From IMG/VR virus record IMGVR_UViG_2799112923_000001: 64,000 nucleotides of DNA, one strand, 5' to 3'. The first letter of the stretch is position 1; the number at the start of each line of letters is the position of its first letter. The notes beneath the pieces were generated by a model. The model was not told the origin of the DNA and made no database searches. It saw only the letters and a program-made list of their open reading frames with translations. Positions 10,956 through 20,477 of the stretch are shown one piece after another. A program made the translations under genes and the position numbers. Source of the stretch: a virus (Duplodnaviria; Heunggongvirae; Uroviricota; Caudoviricetes).

Positions 10956-11876
10956 ATGCCCGAAATCTATACAAAAGATAATAATGGTAATTTCAAGAGT
11001 TTAGGAAATGTTGACCCAGGTAAATTGGTAAACACTTCCGTTCTTGGCAAGTATATAAAAGATTTTTGGACTGATAAAAAGAGTGGCAAACACCCCGAAT
11101 TGGGTAAGAAACATTATCAAATCCTTCAAACAGATTTGATTGCGAAACCTGAAGATTTGTTTGAACAACTCAAACAAAATAAGTTCGTGTTCCAGGATTT
11201 CGGTCCATTAAAGATTGTTAATTTCTTGAAAAATGCCAAACTAGATTCTTATTTGAAACCCGAATATGTTGAACATTGTTTGGAAGTTACAACCCACCAA
11301 CCAGCTATCGGAAAAGGTGAGTTCTTACTCGTTTCTTGTTTTAATAACATAAATTTCTCAGATAAGAGTGGTGACCTTGTAGATGACGAAGGTAATAAGA
11401 TAGAAGTTAAGGGCACTCATTCAGCTATTGGCGGTCCTAAACATTTTAAACAAATGAACAAATCTATTATGTTCTCCATTTATAATTTGTTTGGAACTAA
11501 TCCTGATTTCCCAGATTTGACTATGGAATGTGCTGAAGACTTACAAACCAAACTAATTGATAATCCACAACAGATTAGAAAGACTATGTTGTTATTACAG
11601 AATAACAATCAAGAAAGTAATAGTTTGGCAGAAGCCATGACCGCATTGTTCAATGAAAAACAAGATTTGTTAAACATTGTGGCTGCTGCACATTTGTATG
11701 CCTATCTTAAATTACAGAAAGCAAACTTCTTGTTTGCTATCAATGATAAGTATTTCGCAGGGTTCGCTACACCAAAAGATTTGAAACAATCCTACGAAAT
11801 AATCAAAAACCATTTCAAAGTAAACGGCTGGACCACAGGTAATAGCGGTATAACATTCACATTAAGAGCGGGGTAA
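10956..11876 (+). CDS. Putative PD-(D/E)XK nuclease-fold protein
   Basis: GKGEFLL...SGDL.....KIEVKG motif. Confidence 0.45.
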   Translation: MPEIYTKDNNGNFKSLGNVDPGKLVNTSVLGKYIKDFWTDKKSGKHPELGKKHYQILQTDLIAKPEDLFEQLKQNKFVFQDFGPLKIVNFLKNAKLDSYLKPEYVEHCLEVTTHQPAIGKGEFLLVSCFNNINFSDKSGDLVDDEGNKIEVKGTHSAIGGPKHFKQMNKSIMFSIYNLFGTNPDFPDLTMECAEDLQTKLIDNPQQIRKTMLLLQNNNQESNSLAEAMTALFNEKQDLLNIVAAAHLYAYLKLQKANFLFAINDKYFAGFATPKDLKQSYEIIKNHFKVNGWTTGNSGITFTLRAG

Positions 11877-11880
11877 TTAA

Positions 11881-13308
11881 ATGACTATTTCAAATAACAG
11901 TACCCAGCTTGGTAATGTAAAGACCTACGATAACAGCTATGAATCTTATATCATTCGTCTTAATGACCCTAAAGATGGTAAGATACTATCTTCACAAGGC
12001 ATTAAAGAAATTGCGATTACTGAAAACATTTTTAGTTTGTTGCCAACTATTCGTATTGAAGTTGAAGACCAAGGTTCATATTTCGCAGCTTATAACATTA
12101 AGAATGGGGATAAAATCTATTTCATTGTTACACCAAATGTAGCAAATGAAGGCGAAGACCCAAAACCATACATTGATAGTGTATTCGCAGTTCAAAACAT
12201 TTCTTGTGTTCCTGATGGGATTAACTACCAATATGTAATTATCGGCATTTATGATGCTCAAACATATCTCAATGAAGTAGCCACATATCCAAAGACTACT
12301 GTTGAATCCATTTTGATGTCTAATACAAAGAGAAGTGATGAGGCAATTCAAGAAGTATTAGACGATACAAGTTTGAAGTTATCCATTAAGATTTCACCAA
12401 GTGATAAAGGGTTGTGGTTAAACTGCCGTAATACCAGAGCACAATTCGTAGATAAAATAATAGAACATGCGTGGATAGATACTGACGATGCTCCAGTCAT
12501 TTACACAGATGTAAATGGTGGTTCTGTTTACACCAGTGTTAAGACTATGGCAAGTCAAAAGAAACTTTGTATGTTCACCAATGTTAAGAACTATATTGAT
12601 AATTTAAGGGGTGATGCTACTGAGAAAGAAGATATGGAATTTCCATTCACTTCAGTAGAATTTCTACATGCTGCTGGTCCAATCTTAAACCAGGGTGGTT
12701 ATAAAGTTCGTGCTAACTATTACACACCATACAACGCATTATCATTATACGATTTGGATATTACACCAAAAGATATTGATATTTACGAATTGCTAAAAGA
12801 CCTTTTAGCACAAGGTAATTTAGACCCTATGAGTATGGCAGATGCTCAATTAGCAGATAAGAAAACATTGGGTAAATTTAGAGAAGCAGTATACCAACAA
12901 GATGACCCATATATCGCAAGCCGTAGTAATAAGGCGGCTTCGCAAATGGATAGATTAACTAGAAACATTGATGCAGGAATGTATTTCAAAGAATTTCATG
13001 ACCATTACGATGTTGCTCCAGTTCATAATGAAATGATTAGACGAAGTTTCTTCCAAAATTTTATAAATATGACTGTAGATGTTCATCGTATGCCAAAAGA
13101 ATATCAAACAGCACAATGCAGACCAGCTCTTGGTGATAAAGTAAATATAGATTTTTCTAATGCTGATACAGTAGATAAAATCCATAGTGGTAACTATATC
13201 GTAGCAGGTATCACTCACCATTTCAAGGCTTTCCAATCATATACATTGGAAGTCAAATGTGTTACAGATGGTACATTTGGTAAGGGTCTATTGGAGGAAG
13301 AAAAATAA
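11881..13308 (+). CDS. Baseplate hub protein (gp27-like)
   Basis: Directly upstream of gp5-like spike; C-terminal LGDKVNI...SGNYIVAGITHHF motif. Confidence 0.65.
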   Translation: MTISNNSTQLGNVKTYDNSYESYIIRLNDPKDGKILSSQGIKEIAITENIFSLLPTIRIEVEDQGSYFAAYNIKNGDKIYFIVTPNVANEGEDPKPYIDSVFAVQNISCVPDGINYQYVIIGIYDAQTYLNEVATYPKTTVESILMSNTKRSDEAIQEVLDDTSLKLSIKISPSDKGLWLNCRNTRAQFVDKIIEHAWIDTDDAPVIYTDVNGGSVYTSVKTMASQKKLCMFTNVKNYIDNLRGDATEKEDMEFPFTSVEFLHAAGPILNQGGYKVRANYYTPYNALSLYDLDITPKDIDIYELLKDLLAQGNLDPMSMADAQLADKKTLGKFREAVYQQDDPYIASRSNKAASQMDRLTRNIDAGMYFKEFHDHYDVAPVHNEMIRRSFFQNFINMTVDVHRMPKEYQTAQCRPALGDKVNIDFSNADTVDKIHSGNYIVAGITHHFKAFQSYTLEVKCVTDGTFGKGLLEEEK

Positions 13309-14123
13309 TGAATGATATAGAACAATTTAGACAGTTAATGGGTGGCAATACAGAATCTATTGCTACTGACCAAATTATACCAAAGAAAGAAGTTCCTGAG
13401 AATACTCATTGGACTGGTATTGTTGTAAACAACAATGACCCAGACAAACTCGGTCGTTGCCAAATCAAGATTTATGGTTATTATGATGATTTAGCCACAA
13501 CTAACATTCCTTGGGCTATTCCTGATATTCCATCTCTTGCTTCCACAAAGGGTAATTTCGTTATCCCAGAACTAAACACAGTAGTTCGTGGTTATTTTGA
13601 TAATGGTGATGACTCAAAACCAATCTATGATAGTGTTGCTTTCAACGCTTCTTATAGTGATATGAAATACAACTTCAAAGACTGGCAGTTAAGAACTGAA
13701 GACTATCCACACACGATGGTATTGTTCCAAACAGACCAATCCGATTATCTTGTTATGAATCGTAAAACAGGTGAAATCGCTTTCACCCACCATACAGGTG
13801 CAGTCATGAGAGTTAATCCTGACGGAAGTATTGATATTGGAACAAGTGTTTATAGTGCTGGACCAGCACCATTGAATGTAAGTATTAGTGGTGATGTGAA
13901 CATTCAATGTAATGGTAATATGCAGTTGAGTGCTATGAAAGAATGTACCATAAATGCTTTACAAAGTATCAATGTTAGTGCTATGGGTAATGTTGATGTT
14001 CAATCACAAGCCGGTATGATTACTCTCGGCCCTAACCCAGCTAAAACTCCTGTATGTAATTTGACTAACTGTTGTATTTGTGGAGCACCTCACCAAATCG
14101 GTAATACTAAAGTATTCGTGTAA
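13308..14123 (+). CDS. Baseplate central spike, gp5/VgrG OB-fold
   Basis: GIVVNNNDPDKLGRCQIKIYG...IPWA OB-fold motif, beta-helix repeats, Cys/His tip. Confidence 0.9.
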   Translation: MNDIEQFRQLMGGNTESIATDQIIPKKEVPENTHWTGIVVNNNDPDKLGRCQIKIYGYYDDLATTNIPWAIPDIPSLASTKGNFVIPELNTVVRGYFDNGDDSKPIYDSVAFNASYSDMKYNFKDWQLRTEDYPHTMVLFQTDQSDYLVMNRKTGEIAFTHHTGAVMRVNPDGSIDIGTSVYSAGPAPLNVSISGDVNIQCNGNMQLSAMKECTINALQSINVSAMGNVDVQSQAGMITLGPNPAKTPVCNLTNCCICGAPHQIGNTKVFV

Positions 14124-14132
14124 GGAGAGAAT

Positions 14133-14891
14133 ATGGCTAATAAGATTTTAAATACACCAGGTGGGCAAGGACAATTACCAGCAGGGAAAGTAATCGTTGG
14201 TAATGGTTATACAGGTGATTTAGCAACATTTAATGGCAAATTATTTATTTTTACTGACCCTTATAATCCATTGGATTTACCTTCTAATACAGTTAGAGTT
14301 AGAACAAATGATGGAAATGCACCATTTAAAGATTTGAGCAAGGCAACACATGCTACTTATGACACAGCCATTTTAGTTCCAGGTACTACTGATGTGTACG
14401 ATGTTTACAAAAGTGGTTCAAGTTTTGAAAATTTATTTTATTGGTCTATAAACATTGTAGAAGTTTTAGGAGCAAATTCTACAGGAATCACAAACATGCA
14501 ATATATGTTTAAAAACTGTGAATACTTAACAACTATTTCTACTGTATTTGATACTTCTAGTGTAACTAATATGCTTGGTATGTTTCATAATTGCGAGACT
14601 TTACTATCAACTCCAGTGTTTGATACTTCTAATGTTACTAATATGCGTGCTATGTTTGAATTTGCTTATAAACTAACAACAGTTCCTTTATTTAATACAT
14701 CTAAAGTAATAGATATGGAACGTATGTTTCATTTTTGTGGTGATGTACAATCAGGTGCTTTAGCATTGTATCAACAAGCAAGTTCACAATCTAATCCACC
14801 AACAAACCACACTTTTACATTTGATAAGTGTGGTGAAAACACTGAGACTGGTGCAGCAGAATTAGCACAAATTCCTTATGAATGGAGATAA
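14133..14891 (+). CDS. DUF285/BspA-like repeat protein
   Basis: Repeated FDTS.VTNM..MF..C..L units. Confidence 0.8.
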   Translation: MANKILNTPGGQGQLPAGKVIVGNGYTGDLATFNGKLFIFTDPYNPLDLPSNTVRVRTNDGNAPFKDLSKATHATYDTAILVPGTTDVYDVYKSGSSFENLFYWSINIVEVLGANSTGITNMQYMFKNCEYLTTISTVFDTSSVTNMLGMFHNCETLLSTPVFDTSNVTNMRAMFEFAYKLTTVPLFNTSKVIDMERMFHFCGDVQSGALALYQQASSQSNPPTNHTFTFDKCGENTETGAAELAQIPYEWR

Positions 14892-14894
14892 CAG

Positions 14895-14921
14895 AAAACC
14901 CGGTGTTAATTCACCGGGTTT
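14895..14921. terminator. Bidirectional terminator between convergent genes
   Basis: AAACCCGGTG-TTAATT-CACCGGGTTT. Confidence 0.8.
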
Positions 14922-14925
14922 CATT

Positions 14926-15414
14926 TTATCTAGTCAAAATATCAATAACAAATGGTGGTACAGCGTCAGGATACGCATCATTGTTAGGTATCATAATTTT
15001 TATTTTGACTTTTTGATTTAAGAATTTATCGTTAATTGTATTCTTGTTATTTAGTTTATCTAACAAGTCTTTGTATTCTTTTTCAAGTGCATCTTTAGCC
15101 TTTTGAAATTCTACCATTAGTTCTGTAATGCGTGGTTGTTCGTTTTCATAAACGATACTGCCCTGATCATCACGATCTGCGTATTTCTTTACAAGTTTCT
15201 CGTATTTATCTCTAAACTCAAAGAATTTAGGGTCATTTTCTTCGTTATACACACCCTTACTAATCTGGTTGTATGGTGTTTCCAAATACTTTATATTCTT
15301 ACAAGTAATCAAAGACCAATCATACGAAAGACCTGGTTGACGATACATTGTGAAAAAGTATTCATACAAATTTTTTATATCAAGTAATGTAACTTCTATT
15401 TCGGTTTCTTTCAT
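14926..15414 (-). CDS. Hypothetical protein
   Basis: 162-aa ORF in minus-strand operon. Confidence 0.7.
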   Translation of the reverse strand: MKETEIEVTLLDIKNLYEYFFTMYRQPGLSYDWSLITCKNIKYLETPYNQISKGVYNEENDPKFFEFRDKYEKLVKKYADRDDQGSIVYENEQPRITELMVEFQKAKDALEKEYKDLLDKLNNKNTINDKFLNQKVKIKIMIPNNDAYPDAVPPFVIDILTR

Positions 15415-15415
15415 A

Positions 15416-15739
15416 TTACTCCTTGTGTTCGTATAAACTATTTAAATCAAAATCAATAGGAACATTTAATGTAACGGCAGAATACCATTTTGTATCACCG
15501 GATTTAGATACTATTGGAAAAATTGGGGTTCCATTTCTACCCATAATTCTAACAACGAAACCTTCGTGTATATTAAGTTCCTCTATTGGTAATCGTTTCA
15601 AATAACAAGGATATAATCTAGTTTTTCCATTATTATCTTTCATTGGTTCTAAAAATTCTCTTGCCGTTTCAGGTAAATGTTCATACAAATACTCAACCGA
15701 AGAATAACCATCACATTTTAAGCCATTTGGTAAAAACAT
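15416..15739 (-). CDS. Hypothetical protein
   Basis: 107-aa ORF in minus-strand operon. Confidence 0.65.
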   Translation of the reverse strand: MFLPNGLKCDGYSSVEYLYEHLPETAREFLEPMKDNNGKTRLYPCYLKRLPIEELNIHEGFVVRIMGRNGTPIFPIVSKSGDTKWYSAVTLNVPIDFDLNSLYEHKE

Positions 15740-15741
15740 AA

Positions 15742-16369
15742 TTACTCCACAAACTTGTTAATACCATCCATACTATGAGGGTCATCAATAGTGTTCAAGT
15801 TATCGTAGAAATCAAGACCAGTAACCATTTTCTGTTCTCGTTCCTTAATTTCATTCAATGAGAATAAGATACTATTGGTCGCCAACTGAGTAACATAAGC
15901 GAAAGCAGAAGTAGCCAATTCATCGTTGTATCTGTTAATATAGGTCATAACAGCGATAAATGCGTCCTGAACAATATCGTTAATATCTTCGTGGTTCTTT
16001 AATGAGCCATTTGAACGAAGTCTAAATGAATTTATACGACCGTTAATAATCTTTAAGAAATACTCGCACATTTCATTTTTGAGAATATCCAATTTCTGCC
16101 TATATGCTCGTTTCTCTTCAGCGGTCATCTTTGAGTATGTTTCCTGGAGTTCATTAATTGATTTTGCTTTGTTAATAATGAACTGTTTGGCAGTGTTGTA
16201 TTTCTCTTCTGGCATCTTGCCTTTAAGATACTTGTTCTCCAATCGTTGTAGATATGAAGGACACCAATCACCGCTTGTCATCAGGGTTCATACGATTATA
16301 TTCAATGATAACTTGTCTTAATCTTGCGTTATCTACATAATACTTTTTATCTTCATCTTGTTTTGCCAT
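15742..16369 (-). CDS. gp55-like late sigma factor, apparently split by a +1 frameshift near 16275
   Basis: N-terminal YYVDNARL frame (16369-16268) plus downstream frame with DIVQDAFIAVMTYINRYN...SAFAYVTQLATNS sigma region 2. Confidence 0.75.
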
Positions 16370-16511
16370 AAATTAATTCCTTATTCGTAGCCTCCTTGCT
16401 ATAAGTTTCGTGGATTAAGTTTAAAAGACTATTAATTTGTTTTCATTTATGTTAAATATAGTTAAAATACTACAACTGCGATAAAATTTATTGTTTTTGA
16501 GAACTGTAGTA

Positions 16512-17393
16512 TTAAATCATTGAACGATTCATAGTGATTTTGCCATTATCCTTCTCAAGTTGTTTTCTTTCTTCTTCGGCAATCTTATTAGCAGCTTCTT
16601 GTAGGATTTCTACTTCCATCCAAGGCATGTTATCTTGTATCTGATAATTCATTGTCTTGGCTAATCGTAATGTTAAATCAAGAATTTCAAACAAGTTTAC
16701 AGAACCTAATAGACCTAAATCACTATATTCAATGTTATATGTGTGGGGATGACCGCACATTGGGCAATATATGGTTATATCATGGCTAAATCCAATAGCC
16801 ATCTTGTTTATTGTGGTTTGGAGAATGTTAAAATCCAAAGCACTCAAATTCTTTACGAATTGTTCTAGTATAACTACATCAGGATTATCTATATTCAAAT
16901 GCCTTATGATATTTTCTATTTCTTTATCTTCACATTTGATTTTCAAATCACGAATAGTTGGGTATTTTAACTTCAATGTAATACCAGCATCAGGTAAATC
17001 TATTGCTTGCTCGTCTTCAGTGATATATTTTTCTTCAAAGTCTGTTAGTTTAATGTTAGTGTTATATGAATTGTGGCATCTTTCACATTCTTTAATGGTA
17101 ATATCATAACCATTGTTCTTTGTAAATGAGTTAATACGAACCCAAAAAGCAAAGTATTCTCTATCACCCAAGTAAATATCTTCAAATTTGATTTTATCTA
17201 ACAACAAACATTTTTCAAGGATTTCATTTACAATATCAGTAGCATTTTCTTCACTAATAGTAGATAAGTATTTGATTTCTTGAACATTCAAAGGACGGAT
17301 TTTGATTATTGTATCTTCAGGATATAACTTACCCATTGTAGGTAGTTCTTTCAAATCCATTTTCCAATAATTATTATATGTTTGTGCTATCAT
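16512..17393 (-). CDS. Baseplate hub assembly protein gp26-like with gp51-like C-terminus
   Basis: LPT.GK.Y...IKIRPL.V.E.KYL, two CxxC motifs, LKYPT, C-terminal DNMPWMEVEI. Confidence 0.75.
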   Translation of the reverse strand: MIAQTYNNYWKMDLKELPTMGKLYPEDTIIKIRPLNVQEIKYLSTISEENATDIVNEILEKCLLLDKIKFEDIYLGDREYFAFWVRINSFTKNNGYDITIKECERCHNSYNTNIKLTDFEEKYITEDEQAIDLPDAGITLKLKYPTIRDLKIKCEDKEIENIIRHLNIDNPDVVILEQFVKNLSALDFNILQTTINKMAIGFSHDITIYCPMCGHPHTYNIEYSDLGLLGSVNLFEILDLTLRLAKTMNYQIQDNMPWMEVEILQEAANKIAEEERKQLEKDNGKITMNRSMI

Positions 17394-18007
17394 GCTAAGG
17401 CTACCTGTTGAAATGCTATTGTAACTGTGCCAGTAAATGCTCCAGTTGGTATCATACCAGCTCCGACGAATGGCATAGTCACAGGAATAATAGATTTAAA
17501 TGCGAGATTTAAATATCTATCTAATGTATTGTGAAATAATACTGGGTTCATATTCCCAGCGGCTCCAATAGCCATAATTTCGGTCATAAATGCGGTGCCC
17601 ATTGTAGTGAATGGAGTTACAGCATCAAATGTAAAACCAGTTAATCCACCAACTATTGTTGTAGAATACGCATTAGTAAAGTTCAACATTAGTTTAGACG
17701 CAAATAGTTTGAACAAATTAGGAAATGTTTGTGAACCTTCGCCACACCACATAGCCGCTTTGACTTCTGGGTATGTTAATCTAATATGTTTGTTAGATAC
17801 TTGCCCAACAGGAGCAGTAATTGGTACTGGAACAGGTGGTGTTCCAGGAACCGTTGTAACTCCGGCAATCACGAATTGTGGAATGTTCATAGCAGTCTCA
17901 ATATCCTGCATATATTCGTTTAATGAATCCATCATAGCACGAACATACCATTCCTTATCTTCAGCACTTTGCCCTAATCGTGGGATTATGTGATTAGCAA
18001 ATAACAT
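17390..18007 (-). CDS. Hypothetical virion protein
   Basis: 205-aa ORF in structural operon. Confidence 0.65.
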   Translation of the reverse strand: MLFANHIIPRLGQSAEDKEWYVRAMMDSLNEYMQDIETAMNIPQFVIAGVTTVPGTPPVPVPITAPVGQVSNKHIRLTYPEVKAAMWCGEGSQTFPNLFKLFASKLMLNFTNAYSTTIVGGLTGFTFDAVTPFTTMGTAFMTEIMAIGAAGNMNPVLFHNTLDRYLNLAFKSIIPVTMPFVGAGMIPTGAFTGTVTIAFQQVALA

Positions 18008-18009
18008 AT

Positions 18010-19086
18010 TTAATTAAAACTTTTCCAAAAGTCTGTATTATCGTTTGATTCGTCAAACAAGCATGGAGGTGGTGCGTAATCATCTACAACTGTGGTTGGT
18101 GATGAAACTTGTATAGCATCCAAATCAAATTGTGGTAATGATAAGCAATACACTGCCCAATATAAACCGGAAACAAGGTCATCGTGGCACCCTTTAGCAC
18201 CTCTAAAATGGTTTGGACTAATTTGTTCAAAACGAGATAACTGATAAATTGTTTCGGCATCGTGTAGAATTAGTTTATGAGCATCAGCAACCTTCTTTAA
18301 TGCCATACAAGCATCTAATTTACTTGCAGGAGTAGCACGGGTTCCAATTCCCTTACCATCAGTATTCATTACATTAGGACAACCAATGTTATACCATAAT
18401 TCATCTGTAACATATCTACCGCAATCGTTGTTTTCAACAATCATCATAGCATTATTATAGGCTTCACTTGTTTTTGCTATGATTTGAGCATAGTCTACTG
18501 GCTTGATTTTATTGTGTTTGAACACACAAACTTGTTCGTATAAATCACGATTAACGATTTTTAATACTTGGAACGCACAATAGTCCTGACCTACACCAGT
18601 TGAACTATCTACACCCATAACATATACAACACCTGGTTGAGGTTCTTCATATATGTTCATAGCATAGTTGTATTTAATCGTCACTGGGTCGGAAGGTAAA
18701 TATGTTTTTAAGATTTCACCATCAACAAGTGTTGGAGATGAACCTTCAAATGAGCAGTTATAATTAACTACACCATTTGCTATATACTTATTACCATTTT
18801 GAACCATAACGGGTGTGTAAACTGTTTGTACACCCATTGGAATTATATTATCAACTGTTTTAGGACCTAGTCTTCTACCATATTCTAGTGTATCACCTTT
18901 TCTTAATTTTTCTGCTACTATTTCATAATCATTATTGCCTAAAGTTTTATAGTTATAGCAAGCAAATCGGTGGTCTTTACTACAAGTAATAGATGTACCA
19001 TCGGTAAAAACAATCTTTATACAATCAGCGGTTTTCTTTTGTATCTTATAATAAGGCTGATATCCTGTTGGAGTCAGTATTTTCAT
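18010..19086 (-). CDS. Terminase large subunit C-terminal (nuclease) half fused to split-intein C-fragment
   Basis: Residues 111+ CSFEGSS.TL...YVMGVDSSTGVGQDY...IVENN...HDDLV = gp17 nuclease; residues 1-110 intein-like. Confidence 0.9.
   Translation of the reverse strand: MKILTPTGYQPYYKIQKKTADCIKIVFTDGTSITCSKDHRFACYNYKTLGNNDYEIVAEKLRKGDTLEYGRRLGPKTVDNIIPMGVQTVYTPVMVQNGNKYIANGVVNYNCSFEGSSPTLVDGEILKTYLPSDPVTIKYNYAMNIYEEPQPGVVYVMGVDSSTGVGQDYCAFQVLKIVNRDLYEQVCVFKHNKIKPVDYAQIIAKTSEAYNNAMMIVENNDCGRYVTDELWYNIGCPNVMNTDGKGIGTRATPASKLDACMALKKVADAHKLILHDAETIYQLSRFEQISPNHFRGAKGCHDDLVSGLYWAVYCLSLPQFDLDAIQVSSPTTVVDDYAPPPCLFDESNDNTDFWKSFN
18757..19086 (-). mobile_element. Atypically split intein, IntC (110 aa)
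   Basis: MKILTPTGY start lacking block A, CSKDH block B, VY..V...NKYIANGVVNYN/C block F-G. Confidence 0.85.
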
Positions 19087-19499
19087 TAATTACACCATTC
19101 ATTCACTGTTTCGCTTCCGCCTGGATTATACACTCTGCGTAATTCATTGGAAGCTTCATTATTTTGTGGAATATCATCAAACAAATGGGCTGTTTCTTTC
19201 CACATTTCTGCTTCTTTAATAGGTTCCACTGTAGGAACTTGAACAGTACCTTCTTGTACTGTTTCGGTTTCAATCGGAGTTGCCTGAATTACTACTTCTT
19301 GGGTTCCTGTGTTGGTGGAACTGGCTTTGGTTGTGGTTTTCTTGGTGGTACTCTTCTCATTTTCTTCTCCTTCTATTTCTCGGGTTTCTTCATCAGTTTT
19401 ATATTCACTATATTTCTTTTTGTGAATGTTCCAATAATGCATCGCAATCTTCTTGCTATCAAACCATTCACCGCAAATTTTACATTTCTTTTGAATCAT
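19086..19499 (-). CDS. C2H2 zinc-finger protein
   Basis: CKIC...HYWNIH N-terminus, low-complexity tail. Confidence 0.7.
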   Translation of the reverse strand: MIQKKCKICGEWFDSKKIAMHYWNIHKKKYSEYKTDEETREIEGEENEKSTTKKTTTKASSTNTGTQEVVIQATPIETETVQEGTVQVPTVEPIKEAEMWKETAHLFDDIPQNNEASNELRRVYNPGGSETVNEWCN

Positions 19500-19534
19500 A
19501 TAATCACCTCACATTAATTTGTTTATTATTTATA

Positions 19535-20419
19535 TTACCACCCATCAAAAGGGTCTATTCTGTAATACTCTTTTTTGTTTTCATCAGTTTCAGGGTGATA
19601 TATTGCCTGGTCTTGTTCTTTTTCTTTCAAATTATCATTGATAGCAAGTTTATCACCACTAGCCTTAACAACACTTGTTGGTGTTGGTGAATACTCAGGG
19701 TGAACTTCTACATTAGCAGCATCAGGATTTAATTTGTGTGCAGCATCGTGTTTACCCATATCGTAATCTACATTAAAGGTTTCGCCCAATTCAACATAAC
19801 TGCGTAAATGTTCCATATTGTCATCATTTACATTCATTTCATCCACATTTTCGTGAGAATTTCTCCAAACTCTCAAACTAAACTTGTATGTAATTGGTGT
19901 GGATAGGAATGTTGTACCTTCTGCGAAGTCTTTTACATTCAATACTTCGTAATAAAGGTCGGAATACTTAAAATACATCAAATCACCAATTTTAGGAACA
20001 ATACTTTCATACGCATTTGGATTTTCTGTTTTCCAATCATATCTACTTGCTTCAGCAAAGTGTTGAATTGTACATTGAACTTCTATGATTTCTGTATAAA
20101 TCATTCCTTGTAGTTCATATTGTTTCTGTAATTGTGGAATGTTTTCAGCATAGACCTGTAAAGCAAATCTTCTCTTTACATTTTCTAATTGGTCTTCTCC
20201 ATAAACTGGGTCAAACTTGGTATCGTGTTCTTTAACAAAATAATAAACAGATAATCCATACTTATTATATGCTTCGCTAGTTAAACTTGCCATAAGAGCA
20301 GCTTCACTGCCATAGCAATCATTGTTTAATGAATCAAAATACCTTGGTTGTGTCCAGTCCGTCTGTGGTGGGCAACTATTACCAAATACTTTCTTAAATT
20401 CACTAGCAAAATCTGTCAT
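19535..20419 (-). CDS. Neck protein gp14-like
   Basis: YG..VYY......DPVYGED...P..GDL.YF....YEV..V motifs. Confidence 0.8.
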   Translation of the reverse strand: MTDFASEFKKVFGNSCPPQTDWTQPRYFDSLNNDCYGSEAALMASLTSEAYNKYGLSVYYFVKEHDTKFDPVYGEDQLENVKRRFALQVYAENIPQLQKQYELQGMIYTEIIEVQCTIQHFAEASRYDWKTENPNAYESIVPKIGDLMYFKYSDLYYEVLNVKDFAEGTTFLSTPITYKFSLRVWRNSHENVDEMNVNDDNMEHLRSYVELGETFNVDYDMGKHDAAHKLNPDAANVEVHPEYSPTPTSVVKASGDKLAINDNLKEKEQDQAIYHPETDENKKEYYRIDPFDGW

Positions 20420-20477
20420 ATATCTGCGGCTTCGTATAAATTCATACTATATTTATAAATAGATTAAGAGGTTTCCA

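Noticed and set aside
14133-14891. Diversity-generating retroelement target
   Set aside because: No reverse transcriptase or adenine-variant template repeat seen in the window
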